A DNA stretch of 64,000 bases from Octopus vulgaris. Its lineage: Eukaryota. The stretch's first letter is position 1. Every line of letters begins with the position of its first letter. The notes under the pieces are model-generated. The model was not told the DNA's origin. It made no database searches and was given only the letters and a program-made list of their open reading frames with translations. This document shows positions 49,145 to 63,502 of the stretch, piece by piece. Location: NCBI GenBank assembly GCA_951406725.2, contig OX597814.1:115692001-115756000 (forward strand). Reading direction: 5' to 3'. Position numbers and translations under genes: made by a program.

Positions 49145-50161
49145 TTGATGATGTAATAAATAAGATGTCAAATGTCTAAGTGATTGACTTTTGGCCCATC
49201 CTGTACACGCACACATACAAACACACACATATATATATATACACATACACACATACAGCAGGCTATTTTTATATGTATTGAGTAAAATGTTCAAATAAAT
49301 AAATAAATTGAACAAGTACTTAATGTGGTCAGCTCTTTAATAAATAAACGATTATATTATATTATATTATATTATATATATATATTTAAAAATACCCACA
49401 AACATATACAAATAAATGAAAACAAATATACATTATAACACACATTTTAATAAGCAATTAACAAGTTTCTTTAATGAAATGTCAAACAAAAATTAATTAA
49501 AAAAAAGCCAAGAGATAAAGGAAAATTAAATACAGAACAGCGATAATTTAAATTCAAATGGAATATACATCTACGTATATAAAAAGTGCATACTCACACA
49601 CAAGTATATATCTATACATGCATATGTACATATATAAATGTGTATTTCCATACAGAAATACATATCTGTATGTATATGTAAATACATGTACATCCACAGA
49701 CAAACACAAATATAGACATATATATGTCGGTACAGTACCCGCATCAGTGGTAGGCTATCAAAGGGAGAGTAAGCTGACTGGGGTGGCACCTTGGGCATGT
49801 GATAGCAACTCTTTAGCCTCTTGTGCCAGGGATAAAGTGAAGATGCTGACCGTAGGACGCTGGATAACCGACAATGCAGAGGATTCCTAGACCAACAGCT
49901 TGAAGGTTAATGCAACTGAGCAGAAGAGCTGTAGTGGCAGACAACGATTAGACATAAACTAGCAAATAAGCTGCTACTGCATGGCAGCCTTATCATCGGT
50001 CATGTTTGTTGCACTCTCGTAAACCACTTGGTACCTTGTGTGGAGGCCCAGGGAGGCAGTGGAGGGACAACACCAAATCCCTAACTCAATGCCTGAAGGT
50101 ATTTTAGTTCAGAGGAATCTGAACAAAACAGTCAACATCAGCTTATGACAGACAGGCGGTG

Positions 50162-51288
<1,127 letters not shown>

Positions 51289-51289
51289 A

Positions 51290-51505
51290 ATATTCTGTGG
51301 ACCCGTGCAGTTGTTGAGTGGTACCCGCGTGAGCGGAGACGACCACTCGGAAGGCCTCCATGACGGTGGAGTTACGATTTCAGGAGAACGATTGGGATCA
51401 CGTGGATGAGAAAGGTGCAATCCAGAGAGGAATGGGCAGCGTGCTGTGACCAACAGTGTCAAATGGACGCCCGAAGGACTGGTTGGTCAAGGTGATCAAG
51501 GTGAT
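51290..51505 (+). mobile_element. RTE-clade LINE 3' end, second family
   Basis: [23 protein letters not shown] motif typical of RTE C-termini; tail (CAAGGTGAT)2. Confidence 0.8.
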
Positions 51506-51745
51506 ATATATATATATATTCCTTCTTTCCTGAGCGTCCAATAATACTATGTTTGTTCCACGTCCTTGCGTTGTTGTGTCTTTTTGTGCTTTCATGTTTG
51601 GTTTAACTTTTATATATATATATATATATATATAAAATAAGAGTAGAAATTAATATGATTAAATAATATCAATTTCAACTAGTGGTCAGCATACATAAAA
51701 ATGTCCGAGGACTGTGAATTTTAGTTAAACATAAACAATGTAAGT

Positions 51746-51932
51746 GATCTCTATATGGATCCCTTGTATACTAAAAATAGACATCGAACTATCTTACCAC
51801 TAAATCTGTGCTCTCAACTTTTCATTTGTCTAGCTCGTAAACATCTAGCATCTTACTACGTTGAGAACACAGATTTAGTGGTAAGACGGTTTGACATCTA
51901 TTTCTAGCTTACAAGGGATCCATATAGGGATC
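51746..51932. repeat. Imperfect foldback, ~73-bp arms, between (TA)n tracts
   Basis: TATATGGATCCCTTGTA..TCTTACCACTAAATCTGTG.TCTCAAC versus its reverse complement at 51860-51932. Confidence 0.88.
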
Positions 51933-51939
51933 TCTCAAA

Positions 51940-51982
<43 letters not shown>

Positions 51983-52532
51983 TATGTTGGTGCAAACAGG
52001 AATAACAGAACTCAAAATATGAGTATATGTATATTCCTACTGATATTTAGCAAAAGTAACAGAGTGACACATGGTTTGAGAGTTTCATGTGTTGGCACTC
52101 ATCGACCTGTGCCACACATGAAACTTTCGGACCTTGAGTCATTCTGTTACTTCTGCTAAATATTAATAAAAATATATATATAAATACATGTACATCCACA
52201 TAGATACACACACAAATATACACATAATATATAAACATACATAACCTTGATACTGTGTGGTACTAAGATCCCTGTTGATATTTATAGAGTGTCAAACACT
52301 TTTGGTATGCAAATTAGGGCCTCCTTCATAGAGTAACTGCTGCATTTATTGAGTATATAAACAGTTTGGCTGCTTGTTTCTCCAGAGATTGTCAAAATGA
52401 TGTAGACACCTCTGATGAGATTCCAATAAGGCTTGAAAATTGATTAAATTTGTTCATCATTTTTCTTCAGTCTATTGGAGGAATGGCTAAAAATTTGCCC
52501 TGTTTATAATTATACCATATCATACACTTCGG

Positions 52533-52575
<43 letters not shown>

Positions 52576-53689
52576 CACCCACACATATATATATATATAT
52601 ACACAAATACATATATATGTATAAATACACATGTGTGAGTGTGTATATAAATATATATATACATGTATATACTCACACACAACACATTATCAATACCAGC
52701 ATTTTACATCTACTTTCGATGCTAGAATGGGTTGGACAATTAAAACTTAAAAATCAAATTTAAATATAAAAAACATACAAAATTGTAAGCATGCAAAATA
52801 GTAAGATCATTTGCATAGGCACAAAGCTTTATAGTGACAGAGCAACGGAAAAGGGGGAGGTTGTGATGTTGATGCTTTTCCCAATGCATTTCAGAGAGAA
52901 ACGAAACCTGTTTACAAAACACAGCATAAAATATTATAATTGCAATTATAAGTTGTTAATTCCTTTAACTTTGTCACAAAACTAGTTTTTGTAATGAACA
53001 AATATAATTGATTGATAGAATAAACCTCAGTATGTTGCAGGTATTTTGCATTTCACATCTCCGCCTGTATTGCCTGCCTAAATTTGGATCAGAATAATAG
53101 ATTAAGTTTGTTGGTCCCAATGATTTGAACTTGGAAAACTGATGGTTACTATTAAGTATTGTATGACAGTCTAGCCCTCTACTATTTCTGCCCACTCATT
53201 GATCTCTGTCTCTCGTCTCCCACCCATGTAGTGTGAATGTGTGTGTGCATGCAAAATCTGCAGCACATTTGGCCAAGAAAGACAAAGATCAAGGACAGCA
53301 AAATAACAACAATTAGCCCTCACCAAACTGTTGTTCTCCAGATAATAATAAATAATCCTTTCTACTATAGACACAATGACTGAAATTTTAAGGGAGGAGG
53401 CAACGTGGTTTCATCGACCCCCCAGCTGCTCGACTGGTATTTACTTTTTACTGACCCTGAAAGGATGAAAGGTTAAGTCAACCTTGGTGGAAATTGAACT
53501 CAGAATATAAAGAAAAATGAAAAGTCACTAAAAAATTTTGCCCGGCATGTCAACAATTCTGCCAGCTTGACACTTTACTGATGACGATGACGGTGGTGAT
53601 GGTGATGACGGTCACTCCTGTCAATTTCAACATTTGAATGTTTGACGGAAGGGATTAGAAATAAAAAAGATTAAAATGAAGGAACTACA

Positions 53690-54260
53690 TCTATTTGCAA
53701 TGGCTGCAGGAATGTAATTTGAGTCCAGGAATGGATTTTGCTATGAAATCACAATGGGGACAATGATGGTTTTCATTTTGCCTGGGATTGGAGAAATGTG
53801 TCTGTTGATTGCAGGATAGAATTCTTTTATTGTTCAGTTTCTTCACCTCAAATTGTTTAGATGCATTGTGACACATTTTATGCCACTCAGATCAATCTAG
53901 GCAATAATTTTCCCAGGATTTGAAATTAAGCTGTAAGGATTTTTTTCTGTAATACCTTTATTGTGAAACTTTCAAAGAAATTCTTAAACAACATTCCAGT
54001 CATAGAAATTAGTAAAAAAGAAAAAAGGAATAAGTGCCAATTGTTCTTGATATGGTTTAAAGCCAAAAAAGTGAGATGGGTGAGTGATAACTATGACAAA
54101 CACAACAATATTACATACCGGAGCTGTAAGAATTTTAATGATTGTTTCAACTTATCCTTAGACCTAAGCTGAGTATACCTTATACATTTACTGTGGAATC
54201 CCTCTGCTTGTAGGCCATACAAAGGAATTTTTGGAATGCAATCATCTTGCATTTGAACAA
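53690..54260 (-). mobile_element. Old RTE/BovB-like LINE 3' remnants
   Basis: QMQDDCIPKIPLYG..RSKDKLKQSLK and terminal CPHC..GLKLH..H finger. Confidence 0.6.
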
Positions 54261-54460
54261 CTACAACAACAACAATGGTTTCAAATTTTGGCACAAGGCC
54301 AGCATGTTCAGGAGAGGAGATGAGTTCATTTTCTTAGTCATGAAAGGACGAAAGGCAAAATTGACCTCGATGGAATTTGAACCCAGAGCATGAGGATGGA
54401 GGAAATGCTGCTAAGCATTTTGCCCTGTGGGCTAATGATCCAGCTAGCTCACTGGCTTTG

Positions 54461-54504
<44 letters not shown>

Positions 54505-54743
54505 TGTCACTACTAATAATAGTAATAATAATCCTTTCTATTATAGGCACAAGGCATGAAATTTGGGGAGGGGACAAGTCAACTATATTGACCCCAGTGT
54601 TTCACTGGTACTTAATTTATCGACCCCAAAAGGATGAAAGGCAAAGATGACCTCGGCAGAATTTGAACTGAGAATGTAGCGATGGGCGAAATACTGCTAA
54701 GCATTCTGTCCAGTGTGCTAACGATTCTGCCAGCTTGTCGCCT

Positions 54744-54802
<59 letters not shown>

Positions 54803-55008
54803 GATTTCTTACATTGGCATAAGGATATAAATTTTAGAGAAATGAATGGCAGAATACATACATCCCAGTAATTGACTGGCACTATATTTTATTTTTATCC
54901 AACCCAGAATGATGAAAAAAATTTTGACCTTGGTGCAATTTGAACTCAGAACACAGAGAGTCAAAACTAAGTTCCATCAAATCTGCTAAACCAGCAAAAG
55001 AAACCTGT

Positions 55009-55043
<35 letters not shown>

Positions 55044-55419
55044 ATGTCTGTCTGTGTGTCTTTGAGTCTATTCATCCCTCACTACTGCTTGACAACCAGT
55101 GTTAGTGTGTACATATCCTGGTAACATAGCAGTCTGGCAAAAGAGACTGATAGAATAAATACCAGGCTTAAAAATTAAGAAAAATTATTAAGCATTGCGG
55201 TCAATTCATTCAACTAAAATTCTTCACAGTAGTGCCCCAGCATAGCCATAGTTTAATGGCTGAAACAAAAGATAACAGTTAAAGGCTGTATATTTCATCA
55301 GAAATATGGAAACAAAAATGTTAACGCCTACAGCCTACCCTGAGTATTTCTACTAGTGGCATGAAGTCATGAATGGAAAAGCTTCCTCTACACAAGCATA
55401 TAGAGTTGCATGTATTCAT

Positions 55420-56032
55420 TCACTTGTTTCAGTCATTTGACTGCGGCCATGCTGGAGCACTGCCTTTAGTCGAACAAATCAACCAGCGGACTCATTCTTT
55501 GTAAGCCTAGTACTTATTCTGTCAGTCTCTTTTGCCGAACTACTAAGTTACAGGGATGTAAACACACCAACATCAGTTGTCAAGCGATTGTGGTGGGGAC
55601 AAGTACAAACACACACAAACATACAAATTCATATATGGCAAGCCTCTTTCAGCTTCTTATTTCTTTACTGCCCACAGGGGGCTAAACATAGAGGAGAAAA
55701 ACAAGGACAAAGAGATTAAGTTGATTACATCGACCCCAGTGTGTAACTGGTATTTATTTAATCAAACCCGAAAGGATGAAAGTTAAATTTGACCTCAGCA
55801 GAATTTGAACTCAGAATGTAATGGCAGACGAAATAGTGCTAAGCATTTCACCTGGTGTGCTAACGTTTCAGCCAGCTTGCCGCCTTTTCTGTCTACCAAA
55901 TCCACTCACGAGGCTTTGGTCAGCCCGAGGCTACAGTAGAAGACACTTGCCCAAGGTGCCACACAGTAGGACTGAACCCGGAACCATGTGGTTGGGAAGC
56001 AACCTTCTTACACATAGCCACGCTGCACCTAT
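55420..56032 (-). mobile_element. SINE family A with a nested SINE family B (~55655-55885)
   Basis: Family A sequence resumes at TCTGTCTACCAAATCC after the insert. Confidence 0.75.
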
Positions 56033-56285
56033 GTTTGTGTAAAGTCTTCACCAACAGCTACTGTTGAGATAACTATGCAATGGCTTGGAGTAATTGTTAG
56101 TCGTTACATTTGTATATTAATGAGGCAGTAATTTGATTTCATAGTAAGCTGACTAAACTATTACTAATATTAACCTCCACCCACTATTTTATATTCTCTG
56201 ACTTTTCAATGGTTCCGACATTTAAATAATGTTTATACTAACTTAACTAACCAGAGTAGTTCATCCTGTTATATAGCTACATCTC

Positions 56286-56540
56286 TATCTGGTTTACTTT
56301 GTGTCTATTTATACTAAAATTATTACATCTAAAGAATGCCTTTGAATGTTCTTGGAGCATTGGAGGCATTTATGTGAATATGGTAAAAAAAAAAAAGGGA
56401 TGGGGGGCAGTTTTATCATATTCACATAAGTATCTGGTTTACTTTGTGTCTATTTATACCAAAATTATTAGATCTAAGGAATGCCTTTGAATTATCTTGG
56501 AGCATTGGAGGCATTTATGTGAATATGGTATAAAAAAAAA
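56286..56540. repeat. Tandem duplication, period 145 bp
   Basis: TATCTGGTTTACTTTGTGTCTATTTATAC at 56286 and 56431. Confidence 0.9.
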
Positions 56541-57414
56541 GTGATAGGGCGGAGCAGTCCAGTTATCATCATCTTCATCATTTTGTCATCCACATTTCCA
56601 TGCTTGCATGGGTCAGACTGAATTTATTGAGGCCGATTTTCTGTAGTAGGATCCTATTCATGTCGTCATCCCTCACCTGTCCCCAAATAAGGTAATAATC
56701 CACTTTGTCCATCTAATAACAAACGGCCCAAACATAGTTATAGGTGTCTTCCTCTATTTACGAAGATTTCTCAACATGTTAAGACATGTCCAGGAGCTCA
56801 GGCATGTTTTCGTGGTTGACTTCGAGCTTGACACTACATACATATGATTGCGAGGATGTTGCTTTGTTTACAGTCACTGAACACATGGAAGTCAAGAAGT
56901 ACAAAATCACTCACACAAACATAAACACATTACACATACTCTTTTACTTGTTTCAGTCATTTGACTGTGGCCATGCTGGAGCATCGCCTTTAGTCGAGAA
57001 AATCGACCCCAGGATTTATTCTTTGTAAGCCTAGTTCTTATTCTATTGGTCTCTTTAGCTGAACCACTAAGTTACAGGGATGTAAACAGACCAGCATCAG
57101 TTGTCAAGCGATGTTGGGGGGACAAACACAAACACACACATATATATATACATATATACAGCGGGCTTCTTTCAGTTTCCGTCTATCAAATCCACTCACA
57201 AGGCTTTGGTCGGCCTGAGGCTATAGTAGAAAATGCCCAAGGTGCCACACAGTGGGACTGAACCCGGAACCATGTGGTTGGTAAGCAAGCTACTTACCAC
57301 ACAGCCACTCATATAAATGACAATTACACATGTATATAAATGACAGGCTTCTTCAGTTTATGTCCAGCCATTTTACTCACAGGATATTGGTTGATCCTCA
57401 GCTGTGATATAGAT

Positions 57415-58420
57415 CAGGGGTTCTCAACCATTATTTGTATCCAATGGACCTTTCTGATTATCATTTTATTCTGGTGGACTCCCATAGCCATTCGATGTTT
57501 AACAACTAGTTTTATAGAAACTTCTTTCAACATTCCTATTTTGCTTATCACATTCACTTCTACAGGTTTGCAACAACACTCTCTGAGAGAACGTGTTTTG
57601 GTGGCTGGAAACATGTTAAACTATTCTTTTATTTGTTTCAGTCATTTGACTGCTGTCATGCTGGAGCACCGCCTTTAGTCAAACAAATCGACTCCAGGAC
57701 GTATTCTCTGTAAGCCTACTACTTATTCTATCGGTCTCTTTTGCCGAACCGCTAAGTTACGGGGACATAAACACACCAACATCAGTTGTCAAGTGATAGT
57801 GGGGGGACAAACACAGACACACAAACATATACATCATCATCATCGTTTAACGTCCATTTTTCATGCTGGCATGGGTTGGACGGTTCGACTGAGGTCTGGG
57901 AAGCCAGGAGGCTGCGTCAGATTCCAGTCTGATCTGGCAGTGTTTCTACAGCTGGATGCCCTTCCTAACGCCAACCACTCCATGAGTGTAGTGTGTGTTT
58001 TTTACGTGTCAGCGGCACAGGGGCCAGGGGAGGCTGGCAAACGGCCACGATTGTGTATATACAATGAGCTTCTTTCAGTTTCTGTCCACCAAATCCACTC
58101 ACGAGGCTTTGGTCGGCTCGAGGCTATAGTAGAAGACACTTGCCCAAGGTGCCATGTAGTGGGACTGAACCCGGAACCATGTGGTTGTTAAGCAAGCTAC
58201 TTACCACACAGCCATGCCTGCACCTATAGATCAGATCAGTGGTTGTAAAGCATTAGAGAAAGAAGCTGTTTCTTGCAATAAATATATTTAAAACAAAACT
58301 ATTTTCATGGACGCTTAAAAATACTAAGGTGGATCCCTAGTTTATTATTTCTTTTGTGTGGATCCCTCCAAATCTTATAGGGACCACCTGGGTTCATATG
58401 AACCTTGGTTGAGAATCACT
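57415..58420. mobile_element. hAT-type MITE with nested SINE A (57625-58224), itself interrupted by an RTE tail (57835-58050)
   Basis: CAGGGGTTCTCAACC ... GGTTGAGAATCACT. Confidence 0.7.
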
Positions 58421-58429
58421 TTTTTTTCT

Positions 58430-58826
58430 TTTCTTTTATTTGTTTCAGTCATTTGACTGCGGCCATGCTGGAGTACCGCCTTTAGTTGAGCAAATTGACC
58501 CCAGGCCTTATTCTTTGTAAGCTTAGTACTCATTCTATCGGTCTCTCTTGCCGAACTGCTAAGTGACGGGGACGTAAACACACCAGCATCGGTTGTCAAG
58601 CAATGTTGTGGGGACAAACACAGACACACAAACATATACACACACACACATATATATATATAGACATATGATGGGCTTCTTTCAGTTTCCATCTACCAAA
58701 TCCACTTACAAGGCTTTGGTCGTCCCGAAGCTATAGTAGAAGACACCTGCCCAAGGTGCCACGCAGTGGGACTGAACCTGGAACCATGTGGTTGGTAAGC
58801 AAGCTACTTACCACACAGTCACTCTT
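58430..58826 (-). mobile_element. Full-length SINE family A (another at 56940-57310)
   Basis: Reverse complement of the 24558-24940 family. Confidence 0.85.
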
Positions 58827-58985
58827 GCAGACAACATTCACAGAGTAGAATCAAACCCTAACCACATGATGCCAAAGCGAACTTCTTAACTACACAGCCA
58901 TGCTGAATGTCAATAATAAAGTGTTGCCATTTAATTCATTTGAATAACTTCGTCTATTTGAAGATGCTTCCTTTACTTTCATAAC

Positions 58986-59326
58986 CAGTGGTGGACTGGC
59001 CAGGTTGCCAGCTTTCCCAATGGCAGGGGGTCCGTCCCCTCAAGTCTGAGAATTTTTCATTCACTCCTGGAAGAATGCATTAATTATTTCAGCATGGCTG
59101 TGTTTGTAGACAGTTGAAAAGGATAGTTTTAACAAAAATGGGAAAAAAAAAAATTAAATAACAGGTGCAGGAGTGGCTGTGTGGTAAGTAGCTTGAATAC
59201 CAACCACATGGTTCTGGGTTCAGTCCCAATGTGTGGCACCCTGGGCAAGTGTCTTCTACTATAGCTTTGGGCCGACCAAAGACTTGTGAGTGGATTTGGT
59301 AGATAGAAACTGAAAGAAGCCCATTG

Positions 59327-59361
<35 letters not shown>

Positions 59362-59657
59362 GTGTGTATATGTTTGTGTGTCTGTGTTTGTCCTCCCAAC
59401 ATCGCTTGACAACTTATGCTGGTGTGTTTACGTCCCCATAACTTAGCGGTTTGGCAAAAGACACCGATAGAATAAGTACTAGGCTTACAAAGAATAAGTC
59501 CTGGGGTCGATTTGCTCGACTAAAGGCGGTGCTCTAGCATGGCCGCAGTCAAATGACTGAAACAAGTAAAAGAGAGAGTAATAGCATTGTAGTGGCAGGT
59601 AGGGCCACCCACCCTAGTCTCCTGGCAACTAATATTTTTAAACCCAGTCCACCACTG
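58986..59657. mobile_element. hAT-like MITE with nested SINE A (59162-59577, +)
   Basis: Perfect 14-bp TIR CAGTGGTGGACTGG / CCAGTCCACCACTG; the 8-bp flanks do not match. Confidence 0.65.
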
Positions 59658-60429
59658 CCTATATGTATGGCATTTAACTGGGGGTGGTTTTCTAGCATTA
59701 ATCAACTGGGAGATAAATCTCCTAGGGCAAATTTATAGCACATAAATTTCTCAATAATTTCTGGCACATATTCATAACATCTAAATCAACTGGGATATGT
59801 AAAATAAAGTGTCCTACTGAATGACTTAATAAAATGCCCCAGAGTGGATTTGAATTCGAAGCCCCGAGAGGTTTCATTAATGTATCTATTTGTTAGTTGA
59901 TGATGTACCACATCAGATGAATAATGAATTTTAAGTGGATTGATTCATTAATCTTCTTCATTTTCAGAAAGTACATACATGCATTTCGCTTTAAAAGGCA
60001 ATACAACTATGTTTACATACACAGATAGAGTTAAATTGATAGATAAATAATTAATGAAGACAGAGAAAAGCAAATATACACACACATATATTTAATGAAA
60101 TAATCACATAAAACATGTATGAAAATATACAGTCGTTGTGTATTCCCATTTAGCTCAGGTCAGATTTTAAAAAAAAATCAATGTTGAGGTTTTCCCAGTA
60201 AATTTGTTGAAAGGTGGATGAGAATGGCAAGCATGGATTGAGTGAATGAGGCTTCTCTGAGCATGTGCCTGTACATTGAAGAACAAATGAAAGGGAGCAC
60301 TTGACTAAGTGATCAGGGTAAATATGGTTTTGTGGGGTTTCCACAAATAGCCCTCATCGGGTTCCTTGCTTCAGGAGCATTATTCTTTGTTTGTTTGTTA
60401 TTCTCCTTTCCACATGCTTTTTATATAAC

Positions 60430-60846
60430 CTATTTCTTTACTACCCAAAGGGGCTAAACACAGAGAGGACAAACAAAGACAGACAAATGGATTAAGTTGA
60501 TTATATCGACCCCAGTGCATAACTAGTACTTATTTAATCGACCCTGAAAGGATGAAAGGCAAAGTCGACCTCGGCAGAATTTGAACTCAGAACGTAGCAG
60601 CAGACGAAAAACCTATTTCTTTATTACCCACAAGGGGCTAAACATAGAGGGGACAAACAAGGACAAACACAGGTATTAAGTCGATTACATCGACTCCAGT
60701 GCGTAACTGGTACTTAATTTATTGACCCAGAAAAGATGAAAGGCAAAGTTGACCTCGGCGGAATTTGAACTCACAACATAACGACAAACGAAATACGGCT
60801 ATGCATTTTGCCCGGCATGCTAACGTTTCTGCCAGCTCGCTGCCTT
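60430..60846 (-). mobile_element. SINE family B with tandemly duplicated 3' ~180 bp
   Basis: 60431-60610 similar to 60611-60790; same junction as at ~40980. Confidence 0.85.
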
Positions 60847-60861
60847 ATATAACCCCACACT

Positions 60862-61320
60862 TTATTGTCCAGAACTCGTCTGAAAAGTTTGAAGACAGGC
60901 ACTTTCCTTTCTGGCCAGGCTTTCATCAATTTCTTCAAATATCATTTAAAGAGGAAGGTGATGGCAGTGAAGGAGGTGCTACTTACTAGTATGTTTATCA
61001 AAAGGTGGACAGGAGTGGCAAGACTGGAGAGGCTGAACGGCTCTACTGAGTATGCTTTTCTAAGTTGGAGGAAATAAACTGGAAGATGGCACTTTCCATG
61101 CCTTGGGGATGGCAAAGTAAACCTGGACCTTTTGTGTGGGAGTGACCCCAAATTACCCTAAGTGGACTATCCTGCTTTTGAGGATTTTATTTATTTATTT
61201 ACTTTTCTAATTTCTTTTTATATATTCTTTAAGGTTGTAGTGTCTCCCTTTTATCGATACTGTATCCTGTTCTTTGATATTGTCCTCCGTATCTTGGTCC
61301 TATGTGGCCAACAAAAGAAA
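60862..61320 (+). mobile_element. Possible L1/Tx1-like LINE 3' fragment
   Basis: TRLKSLKTGTFLSGQAFINFFKYHLKRK..IKRW resembles ORF2 C-termini; followed by a T-rich UTR and A-rich end; no RT motif to confirm. Confidence 0.4.
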
Positions 61321-62056
61321 TTATTATCATTATTATTATTATTATTATAAGCAGTATTTTGGCATAATACTTAGCGGCATTCCATCCATCGTTATGTTCT
61401 GATTTCAAATTCTGCCGAGATTGACTTTGCCTTTCATCCTTTCAGGGTTGATAAAATAAGTACCAGTTAAACACTGGGGTCAATGTGATCGACTTATCCC
61501 CTCCCCAGAAATTGCTGGCCTTGCACCAAAATGTGAAATCAACATTATTCTTATTATTAAGGTGGCAAACTGGCAGAATTATTTGTGCACTGGAAAAATT
61601 CTTGGCATTTTCTCACAGTTCTTTACATGTTGGGTTCAAATATCTTGAGTTTGACTTAATCCTTCATCTGTTCAGGGTTGATGAAATACAGTACTTATCA
61701 AGTACTGGGACCGATGAAATATAGCACCCATCAAATATTGGGGTTAATACAACTGATTTTCCCCTCCCCTCAAATAGCTAGTATTGTGCCAAGATCAGAA
61801 AGAATTATTTCTATCATTATTAAGGCAGTGAACTGACAAAATTATTAGCACATTGGACAAAATGCTCAGCAGTGTTTCTTCCAGCTCTTTACATTCTGTG
61901 TTCAAATCCTTCCAATGCAAGTAAAATAAACTACCAGTCAAGGACTGAGGTTGATGTAATTGACTAGCCTTATGCCAATGTTTTAAAACCATTATTATTA
62001 TTCCTATTATCATTATCATTACTATCATTATTATTATTATTACTATTATTACTATT

Positions 62057-62460
62057 ATCACTCATGGAATGGTTGGCGTTAGGAAGGGCATCCAGCTGTA
62101 GAAACACTGCCAGATCAGACTGGAGCCTGGTGCAGCCTCCTGGCTTCCCAGACCCCGGTCGAACCGTCCAACCCATGCCAGCATGGAAAACGGACGTTAA
62201 ACGATGATGATGATTACTATCATTATTATTATCATTATCATTACTATCATTATTATTATTATTATTACTATTATCACTCACGGAACGGTTGGCGTTAGGA
62301 AGGGCATCCAGCTGTAAAAACACTGCCAGATCAGACTGGAGTCTGGTGCAGCCTCCTGGCTTCCCAGACCCTGGTCGAACCGTCCAACCCATGTTAGCAT
62401 GGAAAACGGACGTTAAACGATGATGATGATGATTACTATCATTATTATTATTATTATTAC
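62057..62460 (+). mobile_element. Tandem pair of RTE 3' tails in (ATT/ATC)n, period ~216 bp
   Basis: ATCACTCA.GGAA.GGTTGGCG at 62057 and 62273. Confidence 0.88.
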
Positions 62461-63359
62461 TATTATTAAGGCGGTGAGCTGGCAGAATAGTTTGCATGCT
62501 GGGTAAAATGCTTCATGGCATTTTACCCATCTCTATGTTCCAAGTTCAAATTCTGCCAGAGTTGACTTTGTCTTTCGTCCTTTCAGGGTCAATAAAACAA
62601 GCACCAGCCAAGCACTGGGGTTGAGGCCTTGTACCTATAGCAGAAAGAATTATGTCCATTTTAAAAAATGCCCAGTCACTGAAGTGACTACATCAAATTT
62701 CAAGGCCAGGTCATGGACTGATTGATCATGGAAAAATACAAATTTCACTGAGTTGATTCAAAATTCCACCTTTCAGGTTCAATGAATGTAGTACCAGTTT
62801 AGTACTGGGGTCAATATACTTGATTGGTCCCCACCCAGGAAATTTCAGACATTGTGCCTTTAGTAGAAAGGATTATTATTATTATAGATTATTGTTATTA
62901 AGGAATATAATGAAAAGGATTATTATTATTAAAGTGAGGTAGAGGATAACAAGTGTGAGACATCTAAGAACATATCTTTTAAATTACAAAAAGTCGTTCA
63001 AACATGATATATACATGTATGAATTTTGGATATATTTTAAATATATTTGTACTAATTCCTCCACACAAAAATCAAGTACATTTTGTTTTTGGACTACAAA
63101 AATATATATTTATATTAATTATGGATACATTCCAGTTTCTAACTATATCTGTTCTAATTCCTCTATGCAAAAATCTGGTAGATTCTGGAATCACACGCAA
63201 GCATGTATCTGACTCATACACTGTTCACTTTCCAGACATTTGTACATTACTGCATATTCTTTATACACACTTTTGACAAGTTGTGGTGCACCTGAGCACT
63301 GTATACAATAATTTCATTATTATTATATTATTATTATCATCTTTAGTTACACTCTACAG

Positions 63360-63502
63360 CAGGCATGGGCAACTTTTTCGAGAAGCGGGCTGCATGGGAC
63401 ATGGTTCATCAAGTGAACCACATGACTAAAAAAAAATTCATGGTAATTTTTATCAAGTGTGTCATTCAGAAAGGCCCAGAGGCCACAATTTGCCCATGAA
63501 TG
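63360..63502. mobile_element. Short hAT-type MITE
   Basis: CAGGCATGGGCAA ... TTGCCCATGAATG, preceded by CTCTACAG. Confidence 0.6.

Noticed and set aside
49082-49315. PolyH/polyQ ORF
   Set aside because: (CAT)n(CAA)n microsatellite at the retrotransposon junction.
52405-52450. CTGATGAG..GAAA hammerhead candidate
   Set aside because: Stem II pairs poorly and no stem I was found; at best a heavily decayed copy.
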